Assembly: GCA_965215565.1 (NCBI GenBank)
Contig: CBDCDZ010000004.1
Coordinates: 4,224,001 to 4,288,000 of the forward strand
DNA: 64,000 nt
Origin: Trueperaceae bacterium
GTDB taxonomy: Bacteria; Deinococcota; Deinococci; Deinococcales; Trueperaceae
Direction: 5' to 3'
Positions within the stretch are counted from its first letter, which is position 1. Every line of letters starts with the position of its first letter. Under the pieces are notes generated by a model. That model worked only from the letters and a program-made list of their open reading frames with translations. It searched no databases and was not told the DNA's origin. Below, one piece after another: positions 29,970 to 39,711 of the stretch. The translations under genes were made by a program, and so were the position numbers.

Positions 29970-30418
29970 TGAAAAACGTTTTCACTCTTCTGCTCTTCCT
30001 CAGCGTTAGCGCGGGTTTTTCTCACGCCGACCTGAAGAGCGCCACGCCTGGAAAAAACGCTGTCATAACTAAATTGTCTGGCGAAATCGTACTTAACTAC
30101 ACCGAAGCGGTAGAGGTTCGTTTCAGCACCTTCAAGGTTTACCCGCTCGAGGTCACGGGCGACTTGAACGAGCCGCAAGAGCGTCTGCGCATCAACGCCG
30201 CCGCTGCTGCGCTCATGAGTGAGGCGCTGGACGCAGAAGAGGACGAAGCGAGCCGCGCTGATATAGGCGTGCTGACCGAAGCGAGAACGTCGGACACGGT
30301 GACGCTTGGGCTTGCTGAACTAGGGTCCGGTTTCTACGTCGTGGTGTGGCGTGTCCTTTCGGCGGACACGCACACCACGACAGGTTCCTTTGTGTTCGAG
30401 TACGCTCCGAACGGGTGA
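29966..30418 (+). CDS. copC: Second CopC paralogue
   Basis: GFS|HADLKSATP; RFSTFKV; YVVVWRVLSADTH. Confidence 0.85.
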   Translation: MMKNVFTLLLFLSVSAGFSHADLKSATPGKNAVITKLSGEIVLNYTEAVEVRFSTFKVYPLEVTGDLNEPQERLRINAAAAALMSEALDAEEDEASRADIGVLTEARTSDTVTLGLAELGSGFYVVVWRVLSADTHTTTGSFVFEYAPNG

Positions 30419-30499
30419 GCTTAGTGGCAGAACCTCTGCACATCTCCGCGCGGTCCAGTTCAAAATCTCATATAGAGAGGAAGATACCTGTGAACATAT

Positions 30500-31031
30500 T
30501 TACAGAGACGCGCTCACCACCTCCGAGCGGCTCGGCATGGACCTCTTCTTCAGTGAAAAGACCGAGTGCCACCACTGTCACGGCGGCTTCAACTTCACGC
30601 ACTCGGTCAAGCACCAGAACAACGCGCAGTTCGTGGAGAAGTCCTTTCACAACACCGGGCTCTACAACGTGGACGGTCAGGGCGCGTACCCGACGGGCAA
30701 TACGGGCGTGTTCGAGGTCACGGGCAAGCGCGAGGACCTGGGCAAGTTTCGCGCCCCGTCCCTGCGCAACGTCGAACTCACTGCGCCTTACTTCCACGAC
30801 GGCAGCGCCCAAACCTTGGAAGAGGTGGTGCGCTCCTACGAGGCGGGCGGGCGGCTTTTGGAGTCTGGCGACTTTGTAGGTGACGGGCGCGCGAACCCCA
30901 ACAAGAGCGGCTTTGTACGCGGCTTTTCATTGAACGACGAGGAACGGCAGGACTTGGTGAACTTTTTGAAAGCGTTGACGGACGAAGATTTCATCACGGA
31001 CGAGCGCTTCAGTGACCCCTTCGCGGAGTGA
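30500..31031 (+). pseudogene. C-terminal half of an MbnH-like di-heme cytochrome c peroxidase/MauG-family enzyme
   Basis: GMDLFFSEKTECHHCHGGFNF, FHNTGLYN, FRAPSLRNVELTAPYFHDGS; only one CxxCH, no signal peptide, no good start; left boundary approximate. Confidence 0.8.
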
Positions 31032-31039
31032 GGTGTGAT

Positions 31040-31072
31040 GGGGAGAGGGGAGCAATTTGCTCCCCATCTCCC
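31040..31072 (+). terminator. Stem-loop after the copper operon
   Basis: GGGAGAGGGGAGCAA/TTGCTCCCCATCTCCC; weak U tail. Confidence 0.5.
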
Positions 31073-31133
31073 TCTTCCCTCGAGCGTAGCCACAACCGTT
31101 ACCCCTCACCTTGCGATTCGGTAAGGTTTTCCT

Positions 31134-32273
31134 ATGGACACACCTCAGTTTGAAGCATCTGAAACTACGCCGACGATGAGCTACGCGAGAGCCCGCCTCT
31201 ACCTGGGTATTAGCTGTGTCGGCATGTGGACTGTGGTCTCAGCGCTGGCACTCCTTTTCCGCCTACCTGGACGCATCTTGTCCGAGAGTACGCTTTGGTC
31301 TCTCGCAGACGTCACGCAACTCGTGAGCGTCATCTTGCTCTACGCTTTTTTACAGGGGGCTTTTGACCTCTTCGGCGGCTTCGTCTTGCCGAAAGAATAC
31401 GGGCGCTACACGCCTACCTTGTCCGGCTTCTTGCTGCACTGGTTTCGCGGTGCGGCGCTGCACGGCGCACTCTTACTCCTCGTTGGTTTAATCCTCTTAG
31501 GGAGCGCGCGGCTCGGCGGTATTTGGCTAGCACTACTCGTCTTTTTGCTTTTGAACGTCGGCTTGATCTATGGACAAGGTCTGTTAGCGCGTCTCATCGG
31601 CGGACTCGGCGTTCGGCGGGAAGAGGATTACGCACTTCTACAGTCTCCTTATCCCCACCTCACGGGCGGCGTCGCGGGTTTCGACGCGGTGGTTCTCGTT
31701 CCGAAGAGGTGGCACGATATCTTTGATTCTGAAACCTTCAACCTCTTGGTAAAGCGCAAGCAAGAACTGATTAGAAGAGGCTCGAGGCGCTACGGTCTTT
31801 TCGCCGCCCTTCTCTGGAACACGCTCGGGTTCGTTTTAGCGTACATCGCAGCAGGTGGCACAGCGAGCGTCGCGGGCTTGGTCAGTTTCAGCCTCTGGTC
31901 CACGCTCTGGGCGTTCTTAGGCGTGCTTGTCTTACCGACGCTCTCGCGGCGGGCAGTGTTTCAAGGAGATGTGCTGGCGGTCTCGAGTGGTCAAGAAGCT
32001 AGGCTTCTCACGGACGCTCTCAAAACCCTAGACCGCGACCAAGATGACGAATTTAGACGCGGACAAGCCGTCGAGACGGTTTTTCACCCTATCCCTTCAG
32101 TGGCGCGGCGTATTGAAAAGTTGGAGACGAGGGACGCGCCCCCCAACCTAGCAACCTGGCACGTCGCGCGAACGGCGCTCTACCTCTCGTGGGCGAATGT
32201 GAGTCTGCTCTCGAGGGCGGTCCACTGCAACATCGGCAGACCGGAAGTGTGGGTGTTTTTGCCGAGTGACTAA
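31134..32273 (+). CDS. Multi-pass membrane protein with M48 (Ste24/HtpX)-like C-terminus but no HExxH
   Basis: Several TMs; D...L..LD..Q...FHPIPSVARRIEKL; C-terminal HCNIGRPE; ATG 6 nt after TAAGGT. Confidence 0.65.
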   Translation: MDTPQFEASETTPTMSYARARLYLGISCVGMWTVVSALALLFRLPGRILSESTLWSLADVTQLVSVILLYAFLQGAFDLFGGFVLPKEYGRYTPTLSGFLLHWFRGAALHGALLLLVGLILLGSARLGGIWLALLVFLLLNVGLIYGQGLLARLIGGLGVRREEDYALLQSPYPHLTGGVAGFDAVVLVPKRWHDIFDSETFNLLVKRKQELIRRGSRRYGLFAALLWNTLGFVLAYIAAGGTASVAGLVSFSLWSTLWAFLGVLVLPTLSRRAVFQGDVLAVSSGQEARLLTDALKTLDRDQDDEFRRGQAVETVFHPIPSVARRIEKLETRDAPPNLATWHVARTALYLSWANVSLLSRAVHCNIGRPEVWVFLPSD

Positions 32274-32344
32274 AGAGGTCAGACGTGCGGGACGTTTGCA
32301 ACTGGCTCGCCCTGACGCGCAGCCCTAAAGTTAAGGAAGTAATT

Positions 32345-33898
32345 ATGGACGCGACTCAACACACACGCGCTCAGCGCACTTCACCAGGTCATAAACCGAT
32401 CGTCGAGCAGCCTAGAGGCTTCGACCTCTTCGCGCTCCCCGGTCTGCGCCGCTTCATCCGCTGGAAATACGCCCGCTTCGTCTTTCAACTCCCACTCCTG
32501 ATCCTCGCCGTGTTCGTTATCTGGGACGGCTTCGCCGGGCGGCAGGTTGCCCCGCGCAATATCGCCACGACGACGGTGTGGCTCCACTACCGAGGTTTAG
32601 TCGTGATCGCGCTGGCGCTCATCGGCAACGCCTTTTGCGCCGCTTGCCCCCTGATGCTCACTAGAGGTGCGACGAAGCGGTTGGAGCGCTTTTTGCCGCG
32701 CAAGTTGAGCTTTCCCAAGCCGCTCAAAAATAAAGTCCTCGTCACCGTTCTCCTCTTGTTCTTTTTCTTCTCCTACGAATACTTCGACCTCTGGGCGAGC
32801 CCTTGGCTGACCGCCTGGCTCGTCATCGCTTACTTCGGCGGCGCATTGGCTGTGGATACCCTCTTCCCGGCGGGAACCTTCTGCCGCTACGTGTGCCCCT
32901 TGGGGAACTTCAACTTCGCCTATTCGTCCGCCTCTCCGACGCAGATTACGGCGGTGGACCACGACATCTGTCGGAGCTGCGAGCACAAGCCGTGTCTGCA
33001 CGGACGCGACACCTACGAGACGAAATCAGCGCAGGATAAGAAGGGACACGTCGCCGCCTTCATCCCCCTCACCGACATCGTCCACGCGAACGGCACCGGG
33101 CACTTCCCCGGCTGCGAGACGGACCTCTTCGTGCCGACGATGCAATCGAACATGGACTGCACGAACTGCTTCAACTGCGTGCGTGCGTGCCCTTACGACA
33201 ACGTCGCCCTGACCGTGCGGCAACCAGGCTGGGAGTGGACGCGCGCACCTTGGAAAACGCGGGGGCGGCTGCCGCTCATGGTCATGGGCGTCTTGCTGAC
33301 CTTTTGGGGACTCTTAAACGCCGTGGCGATGACCGGACCTTACTTCAGCTTGGCGCAGTGGACAGCGCGCACGTTCAACACGCAAAACGAAGCCTTGCTG
33401 CTCGGTACGTTCTTTCTCGTGACGACGCTTGCAGGACTCCTCATCATGGGCGGCGTCGCCTACCTTGCAGACCTCTTAGGGCAGGGGAGAGCGAGCATCA
33501 AAGATTCGTTCCTACGCTGGGGTTACGTCACTGTGGCGCTCGGCTTCGGCTTTTGGGGGGCGCACTACCTCTTTCACTTCATGACGGGGGCTCTTAGCAT
33601 CGTGCCGGTGTTTCAAAACTTTTTTGAGGCGCGGGGCTTGCCCGTTGACCCCGACTGGCGGCTCGCGCAGATTATCCCGACTGACTGGCTCTTCCCGGTG
33701 GGCGCGGCGATCACGCTCTTCTACAGCTTTCTAGCGGTCTATGTAACCGTGCGTATCGCGCTTAGAGACTTCGGGCGGCGCGGCGTTTTGGCGATGTGGC
33801 CGCCGCTTCTGTTCGTGCTCCTCTTCGCGGCGGTGGCGCTTACCGTTTTAGGCGAGCCGATGGAGATGCGCGGGACGATCTTAGGACCGAGCTTCTAG
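32345..33898 (+). CDS. Membrane 4Fe-4S polyferredoxin (NapH/MauN/YccM-like)
   Basis: FCAACP, FCRYVCPLG, CRSCEHKPC and CTNCFNCVRACP motifs; many TMs. Confidence 0.85.
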   Translation: MDATQHTRAQRTSPGHKPIVEQPRGFDLFALPGLRRFIRWKYARFVFQLPLLILAVFVIWDGFAGRQVAPRNIATTTVWLHYRGLVVIALALIGNAFCAACPLMLTRGATKRLERFLPRKLSFPKPLKNKVLVTVLLLFFFFSYEYFDLWASPWLTAWLVIAYFGGALAVDTLFPAGTFCRYVCPLGNFNFAYSSASPTQITAVDHDICRSCEHKPCLHGRDTYETKSAQDKKGHVAAFIPLTDIVHANGTGHFPGCETDLFVPTMQSNMDCTNCFNCVRACPYDNVALTVRQPGWEWTRAPWKTRGRLPLMVMGVLLTFWGLLNAVAMTGPYFSLAQWTARTFNTQNEALLLGTFFLVTTLAGLLIMGGVAYLADLLGQGRASIKDSFLRWGYVTVALGFGFWGAHYLFHFMTGALSIVPVFQNFFEARGLPVDPDWRLAQIIPTDWLFPVGAAITLFYSFLAVYVTVRIALRDFGRRGVLAMWPPLLFVLLFAAVALTVLGEPMEMRGTILGPSF

Positions 33899-33945
33899 CG
33901 CTAATTTTCATAGCGAGAGGAGGGAGAAGGTGCCATGTTGAGCGC

Positions 33946-34011
33946 GTGGCGGGCTTCCTCAAAACAGTTCTTTTTACCGGGCTCATGCTCCTCTTGGGCG
34001 CGGGCGTCTGA
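33946..34011 (+). pseudogene. Remnant resembling the CopD N-terminus
   Basis: VAGFLKTVLFTGLMLLLGAGV* versus local CopD LALVKASLLLGAVLLIGAGVF. Confidence 0.4.
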
Positions 34012-34114
34012 GCACTCGCACGGCGCGGCTCGAGCCAAACGAAAGCAGCGCCGCTAAGCCGTAGGACAAACACCCCTTATCTGTGGAGGGTAGACGCTGA
34101 TAGGATGACCTAGC

Positions 34115-34816
34115 ATGGTTTTTCTCGATGCTCAACCCATTAAGTCCGCCCTTCTATCTTTAGGACTGCTCAACGCGGTGCTCTCTCCTTTCGCCGCCGC
34201 TCAAGACCTCCCGGAATGCCGCTACGACAATCTAGAAACGCGCTACCAGGACCTGTCTCAGTGGCGCATTACCCTGCTCGACGCGCTTTACAAACTGCCC
34301 GAAAGCTACGCACCGCAAGACCTCGTTTCGGTGGAAGAGGCGGGGCTCGACTCCGAGCACCGAGTGCGCGCCTTTGTTATCCCTGACCTGCGGGCGCTCG
34401 TACAAGCGGCGAAGGACGCCGGGCATCCTCTCGCGGTTCAGTCGGCGTACCGCTCGTATACGTATCAGGTTGGCACCTTCAACTACTGGGCTCAACAAAG
34501 AGGTCGCGAGGAGGCGCTTAAAGTTAGCGCGCGGGCGGGGCACTCCGAACATCAACTCGGCACCGCGCTCGACTTTCGCAGCGCGGACGGACCGGCCGCC
34601 TGGGACTTAGAGGACTGGGCGCAGACGCCCGCCGGCGCGTGGCTGGAGGAGAACGCTCCGCACTACGGCTTCGTGATGAGCTACCCGCAAGGGGCGGAGG
34701 CAGTAGTCTGCTACACCTACGAGCCCTGGCACTACCGCTACATGGGGCGAGAGGTGGCTGAAGCAGTGCGCGAGAGCGGTTTGACCCTGCGCGAGTGGTT
34801 GTGGCGGCAGCAATAG
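34115..34816 (+). CDS. M15B D,D-carboxypeptidase (VanY-like)
   Basis: SAYRS, SEHQLGTALD and YEPWHYRY motifs. Confidence 0.92.
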   Translation: MVFLDAQPIKSALLSLGLLNAVLSPFAAAQDLPECRYDNLETRYQDLSQWRITLLDALYKLPESYAPQDLVSVEEAGLDSEHRVRAFVIPDLRALVQAAKDAGHPLAVQSAYRSYTYQVGTFNYWAQQRGREEALKVSARAGHSEHQLGTALDFRSADGPAAWDLEDWAQTPAGAWLEENAPHYGFVMSYPQGAEAVVCYTYEPWHYRYMGREVAEAVRESGLTLREWLWRQQ

Positions 34817-34872
34817 AGTTGCGACGTTATTCGGTACGGTCTTATGCCCCGAGCGCGGCGTTATGCTGAGCT

Positions 34873-35436
34873 ATGCGTAACTTCAGACCTTACCTTTTCG
34901 CGCTCTCGCTGCTCGTCGTCGGTTTAGTCGGCGTCGCCCTCGCTCACGCGACGCTCGTGCTAGGCGTCGTCTCGAGCACGCCTACCGCCCCCCAGCCCGG
35001 CGAAGACTTCACGCTCAACCTGACCCTGGAAGACCCCACAGGCGTTCCCGTCGAAGACGCCGTCGTCTTCGCCGAATTTCGCCCGCCCGGAGCCCCTTTG
35101 GAGAGTGAGCCCGTGCGTGACGTGCGCTTAGAAGAGCTTTCTGCAGGTGCTTACAGCGCGGCGCTCAGCCTGCCGAACGCGGGCAAATGGAACCTCTTCT
35201 TGCGCGATCAGACCTTTCGTCAAGAGGAAGCCACCGCCAGCTTGACGTTTGGCGTCGGTGTCGCCGGGGCTGCTCTGCAGTCTTTCGTGTTTCCGCCTAC
35301 CGCGACGGGGCCCGCGAACATCTGGACGTGGCTGGGTTGGCTCATCGGCTTGCCGGTCATCGCCGCGGTCATCGTCACCGTGCTCGTTCTAACCGGTGAC
35401 AAGAAAGAGCCGCAGGGCGTGACCAACAAAACGTGA
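34873..35436 (+). CDS. YtkA/FixH-like secreted protein with N-terminal His and C-terminal TM anchor
   Basis: ALA|HATL; DPTGVPVEDA; GAYSA...GKW; C-terminal TM. Confidence 0.65.
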   Translation: MRNFRPYLFALSLLVVGLVGVALAHATLVLGVVSSTPTAPQPGEDFTLNLTLEDPTGVPVEDAVVFAEFRPPGAPLESEPVRDVRLEELSAGAYSAALSLPNAGKWNLFLRDQTFRQEEATASLTFGVGVAGAALQSFVFPPTATGPANIWTWLGWLIGLPVIAAVIVTVLVLTGDKKEPQGVTNKT

Positions 35437-35475
35437 TAGATTCTCCCCTGTGAACGTTCGGGTTGTGATAGTTCA

Positions 35476-36207
35476 GTGAGCCTCCTCGAGCAGACTTCCG
35501 GCACTCTCGTCAACGTTTTAACGGTTCTCGTCGGCTCAGGTCTGGGGCTCTTGCTGCGCGGACGCTTGCCGCAGCGCATCGTGGGCGTGGTGATGCAGGC
35601 CATCGGTTTGACAACGCTCCTCATCGGCATTTTGAATGCGATGGACCTGACCCGCGTGGAGACGCCGCCCGGCATCATCGTAGGCTTGATCGCGCTGGCG
35701 CTAGGCGGCGCGTTAGGGGAGTGGTGGGGGCTCGAGGAGTCTCTGGAGGGCGTCGGCGAACGCCTCAAGGCGCGCTTTCAAGGGCAAGGACGCTTCACCG
35801 AAGGCTTCGTCGCTGCGAGTCTTCTCTTCTGCGTCGGACCCTTGACGCTTATCGGTAGCATCCAAAACGGTCTCGCTGGTGACGCCTCGTTTTTACTGCT
35901 CAAATCTACGCTGGACGGGTTCGCGTCGCTAGCACTCTCTGCAACCTTTGGCTTCGGCGTCATCTTTTCTATCATCGTCATTGCTGTCTATCAAGGCGCG
36001 CTCTCGCTCGGCGCGGGGCTATTCGCCAACCTCATCGCGGACCCGAGTACGGACCCGCGCGTGCTGCTCGTAAACGGCGTCGGGGGGCTTATGATCATGG
36101 GTTTAGGCTTCGGACTTTTGGAGATCAAAAAGCTGCGCGTAGCGAGTCTGCTGCCTGCGCTGGTGCTGGTGGTGGTGCTCTACTACGTGGGGTTGCTTTT
36201 TTACTAG
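35476..36207 (+). CDS. DUF554 (YdfK-like) membrane protein
   Basis: GTLVN, GFVAASLLFCVGPL and KSTLDG motifs. Confidence 0.9.
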   Translation: MSLLEQTSGTLVNVLTVLVGSGLGLLLRGRLPQRIVGVVMQAIGLTTLLIGILNAMDLTRVETPPGIIVGLIALALGGALGEWWGLEESLEGVGERLKARFQGQGRFTEGFVAASLLFCVGPLTLIGSIQNGLAGDASFLLLKSTLDGFASLALSATFGFGVIFSIIVIAVYQGALSLGAGLFANLIADPSTDPRVLLVNGVGGLMIMGLGFGLLEIKKLRVASLLPALVLVVVLYYVGLLFY

Positions 36208-36218
36208 CTTGCAACCTC

Positions 36219-36430
36219 TTATACGGCTTCCGGGTGAATCCACTACAAAATGCATTCGCAGGATGGCGTTACTCACCGGAATCCGTCGCTGTTTCTACTC
36301 GCTAGAGAGCCATCAGCAGGGCGTATCATGCCGTCAGCACTACCCATTGCGTCTATGATCAGATGCTACCTGCTGCTGAAGGCTCTTTGCTCGGGTTAAT
36401 TCTTTTAGGAATTAACCGGAAAGGGTATTA
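36219..36430 (+). mobile_element. MITE-like non-autonomous repeat, family D, copy 1
   Basis: TTATACGGCTTCCGG...CCGGAATCCGT...ACCGGAAAGGGTATTA; collinear with 40057-40387. Confidence 0.7.
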
Positions 36431-38080
36431 CACCCCCGCCGCCCCAAACGCCGCCTTCACGATGTCCTGCGCTTCATCTTGCAACTTTTTAAGGTGCGCT
36501 TCGCCCTTGAAGCTCTCCGCGTAAATCTTGTAGATATCCTCTGTTCCCGACGGACGCGCCGCAAACCAACCGTTCTCCGTTACGACTTTAAGCCCGCCAA
36601 TCGCCGCACCGTTGCCGGGTGCCTTGGTGAGCTTGTCCTCAATCGCTTCACCCGCGAGTTCGTCCGCCTCGATCTGCTCGGGCGAGAGGCTTTTCAAGAC
36701 AGCTTTTTGCTCGTCCGTCGCGGGCGCGTCGATGCGCTCATAGACAGGTGAGCCGAACTGCTCTTTTAAGTCCTCGTAGTGCTCCGCCGGGTCGCGTCCC
36801 GTCTTCGCGGTAATTTCCGCCGCCAAGAGGTCCATGATGATGCCGTCTTTGTCCGTGGTCCAGACCGTCCCGTCCTGCCGCAAAAAGGACGCCCCCGCGC
36901 TCTCCTCGCCGCCAAAGCCGTAGGAGCCGTCAACGAGACCGTCCACGAACCACTTGAAGCCAACCGGAACCTCCGCTAGCGGACGCCCCAAGTGCGACGC
37001 CACGCGGTCGATCATTGAACTCGAGACCAACGTCTTACCCACCGCCGCGTCCTCTTTCCACTCTGGGCGGTTCTGGAAGAGGTACCACACCGACACCGCC
37101 AAGAAGTGGTTCGGATTCATCAGCCCTGCGCTCTTCGTGACGATGCCGTGCCTGTCGAAGTCGGGGTCGTTTCCAAACGCAACGTCGAACTTGTCTTTGA
37201 GGTCAATCAAACCCGCCATCGCATAAGGAGACGAGCAGTCCATGCGGATTTTGCCATCTTTATCCACCGCCATAAAGGAGAAGGTCGGGTCCACGTGGCG
37301 GTTGACCACTTCAAGGTGGAGCCCGTAGCGCTCCGCAATCGGCTCCCAATACGCGACGCCTGCCCCACCCATCGGGTCCACGCCGATTTTGAGCCCGGCG
37401 TCCGCAATCGCCTTCATATCTACGACGTTCTCTAAGTCGTTTACGTAAGGCGTGATGTAGTCGTACTCGTGGACGCACGCGCTCTGCATCGCCTTTTGGT
37501 AGGGAAGTCGCAAAACCTCTTTCATGCCGGTCTGCAAGATGCCGTTCGCCCGCGCTTCGATGCTGCTCGTGATATCGTTGCCCGCCGGTCCACCCGAGGG
37601 AGGGTTGTACTTAAAGCCGCCGTCCGTCGGGGGATTGTGCGAGGGTGTAATGACCACGCCGTCCGCCAGCCCCTCCGTGCGGTCCTTGTTGTAGGTCAAA
37701 ATGGCGTGCGAAATCACCGGGGTTGGAGTGTAGCCCAAACCCGCTTGAATCATAGTTTCTACGCCATTTGCCGCGAAGACCTGAAGCGCCGTCGAGAGCG
37801 CCGCTTCTGAAAGCGCGTGCGTGTCCATGCCCACATAAAGAGGTCCTGTGACACCCTGCGCCTGCCGATGCTCGCAGAGCGCTTGACAAACCGCTAAGAT
37901 GTGCTCCTCGTTAAACGAGTTTTCCAGCGACGAGCCCCGGTGCCCTGAGGTGCCGAAAGAGACCCGCTCGGCGTCGTTATTTGGGTTGGGGTGGCGGGTG
38001 TAATACGACGCGATGAGGCGGGGGATATTGGTGAGGAGTTCGGTCGGGGCTTTTTTGCCTGCGTAGTCGGTTGGGTTCAT
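36428..38080 (-). CDS. pgm: Phosphoglucomutase
   Basis: [26 protein letters not shown] and RPSGTE motifs; ATG 38080 with GGAGG RBS. Confidence 0.97.
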   Translation of the reverse strand: MNPTDYAGKKAPTELLTNIPRLIASYYTRHPNPNNDAERVSFGTSGHRGSSLENSFNEEHILAVCQALCEHRQAQGVTGPLYVGMDTHALSEAALSTALQVFAANGVETMIQAGLGYTPTPVISHAILTYNKDRTEGLADGVVITPSHNPPTDGGFKYNPPSGGPAGNDITSSIEARANGILQTGMKEVLRLPYQKAMQSACVHEYDYITPYVNDLENVVDMKAIADAGLKIGVDPMGGAGVAYWEPIAERYGLHLEVVNRHVDPTFSFMAVDKDGKIRMDCSSPYAMAGLIDLKDKFDVAFGNDPDFDRHGIVTKSAGLMNPNHFLAVSVWYLFQNRPEWKEDAAVGKTLVSSSMIDRVASHLGRPLAEVPVGFKWFVDGLVDGSYGFGGEESAGASFLRQDGTVWTTDKDGIIMDLLAAEITAKTGRDPAEHYEDLKEQFGSPVYERIDAPATDEQKAVLKSLSPEQIEADELAGEAIEDKLTKAPGNGAAIGGLKVVTENGWFAARPSGTEDIYKIYAESFKGEAHLKKLQDEAQDIVKAAFGAAGV

Positions 38081-38166
38081 GATTGTCCTCCCTTTTGGTT
38101 GAGCATAGCGGTTGGAGGGGAGGTTGGAAAGGGAGGTGGGGTGAAGTTTTGGCTCGAGCCTTGGCC

Positions 38167-39039
38167 TCATCTCAATGCTATAAGCCCTTTGCGTACCTCT
38201 TCATGAATACGGCTCGTATCAAAACGTGTAATATCCGCAATCTGGTACTGCTGACTTAGCCACTCGAATACGTGATAAGCCACGTAATACCCAGCTCGCA
38301 TCGGTATCTCGTCGGTTGTATAGCTTAGATTGATGCCAAAATAACGCTCGTTTATTCTTTTTTCAGTGCTAGCCATATCATCAAGGATGTGCCGAAGAAG
38401 GTATGAATGATTTTTTCTACACTGTTCTAACCACTTGCTCACAGGTTGTCCCTCGAGCGTGACCTCTTTACCTGTCCACAGCATTCGCGCTTCACTCAGA
38501 CCTGGTGTGGAAGACATAGCAACCTTTATAGCGAGACCTTCCATGACGAGTCTCGTGGCAACGGTTAAAGGTTGAGAGGCTACATTGCTCAGTGCCCGGT
38601 GAAAGACATGAGTGGTTTCGTGCACCGCTGTTGAAAGAAGGGAGCGTCGGTCCGAAAACATCTCGAGGGCGTAGAAGCAAATAGGCGTTTCGTCCAGCGT
38701 TTCAGCCCAAGCATTAGCGGTAAAACGTCCCACAAAAGCGATGTGGTGCGTTGAAACATCTGGTGCGTCTAAGCAAGTAGCACAAGCATTATTAGCCTCT
38801 TCTAAGACAGTTTGAATCTCGTCGGTAAGCGTTCTAATAGTCTCGGCAACCGTCGCCAAACGTTTCAGCGACACCTCTAGCGTATCGGACGATGGAAAAA
38901 GCTGTTCGTAGTAAGCGATCACTTCTTCATGGGGCTGCGCGTACAGTTCGCGCCATAAGGTTTCTTGAACATGAACATTTTGACCTTTTGCGGCGTTCCA
39001 GAAGTCAGCAAATGCGTAACCTAGGTTGGTAAGTTTCAC
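38167..39039 (-). CDS. Putative Zn-dependent protease (DUF2268-like)
   Basis: HETTH, EGLA and RAGYY motifs; lower GC. Confidence 0.75.
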   Translation of the reverse strand: MKLTNLGYAFADFWNAAKGQNVHVQETLWRELYAQPHEEVIAYYEQLFPSSDTLEVSLKRLATVAETIRTLTDEIQTVLEEANNACATCLDAPDVSTHHIAFVGRFTANAWAETLDETPICFYALEMFSDRRSLLSTAVHETTHVFHRALSNVASQPLTVATRLVMEGLAIKVAMSSTPGLSEARMLWTGKEVTLEGQPVSKWLEQCRKNHSYLLRHILDDMASTEKRINERYFGINLSYTTDEIPMRAGYYVAYHVFEWLSQQYQIADITRFDTSRIHEEVRKGLIALR

Positions 39040-39130
39040 AAGTCCACCTTACTTTCCGTAAAGGTTGGTATCTAGACCTTATACCTCTTACATCCTTGCC
39101 CCACCCCACAAAAACGCCTATCATAAACCT

Positions 39131-39388
39131 ATGACGATAGAACTCACCCGTGAGCAAGAAACCCTCGTGCGAGACCTCGTAGAGTCGGGGCGCTACGAAT
39201 CTGTAGAGGCGTTTATCGAAGCGGCGATTACAGTAGCGTACAGCGAGACGGAGCGCTTCGCGCAGTGGGCGCATGAGCGTCACGAGCAAGCAGCGGAGGA
39301 TGTGGCAGCGGACCGCGTCGTGAGCGTGCCCAAAGGCAAGATGGCGGCGACACTGGCGCAGCACCGTAACGGTTTGCTACCAGACTAG
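39131..39388 (+). CDS. ParD-like (RHH) antitoxin
   Basis: MTIELTREQETLVRDLVESGRYES; ATG 6 nt after TATCAT. Confidence 0.8.
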   Translation: MTIELTREQETLVRDLVESGRYESVEAFIEAAITVAYSETERFAQWAHERHEQAAEDVAADRVVSVPKGKMAATLAQHRNGLLPD

Positions 39389-39397
39389 CGCTGTTCT

Positions 39398-39691
39398 GTG
39401 GAGATTCGTTTTACGCTTCGGGCGCTGACTGACCTTGACGAGATACACAGTTACATCGCTCGAGACAACCAAGAGCGAGCAGACCGTCTCGTCGAAGCGC
39501 TCAGAGACGCCCTCGACGTCCTCACGGTTTTTCCAGAGAGCGGCAGTACCCGCGCCAATCTCCCCGAGGGTCTGCGGGTATTCGTTTATCGCAACTACTT
39601 GACGATTTACAGCATAGGGGATGACGCTATTCTCATTGAAGGTATCACCGAAGGGCACCGCGACATCGGCGGACTGTTCTCGGATAGCTGA
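39398..39691 (+). CDS. RelE/ParE-family toxin
   Basis: FTLRALTDLDEIHSYIARDN...PESG...GLRVF...YLTIY. Confidence 0.88.
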   Translation: MEIRFTLRALTDLDEIHSYIARDNQERADRLVEALRDALDVLTVFPESGSTRANLPEGLRVFVYRNYLTIYSIGDDAILIEGITEGHRDIGGLFSDS

Positions 39692-39711
39692 CGTTTTAGT
39701 GAATGATGACC

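Noticed and set aside
30351..30499. ORF-track N-terminus of the cytochrome c peroxidase ORF
   Set aside because: Overlaps copC2 out of frame, has no signal peptide and no family resemblance; read-through into the deletion scar
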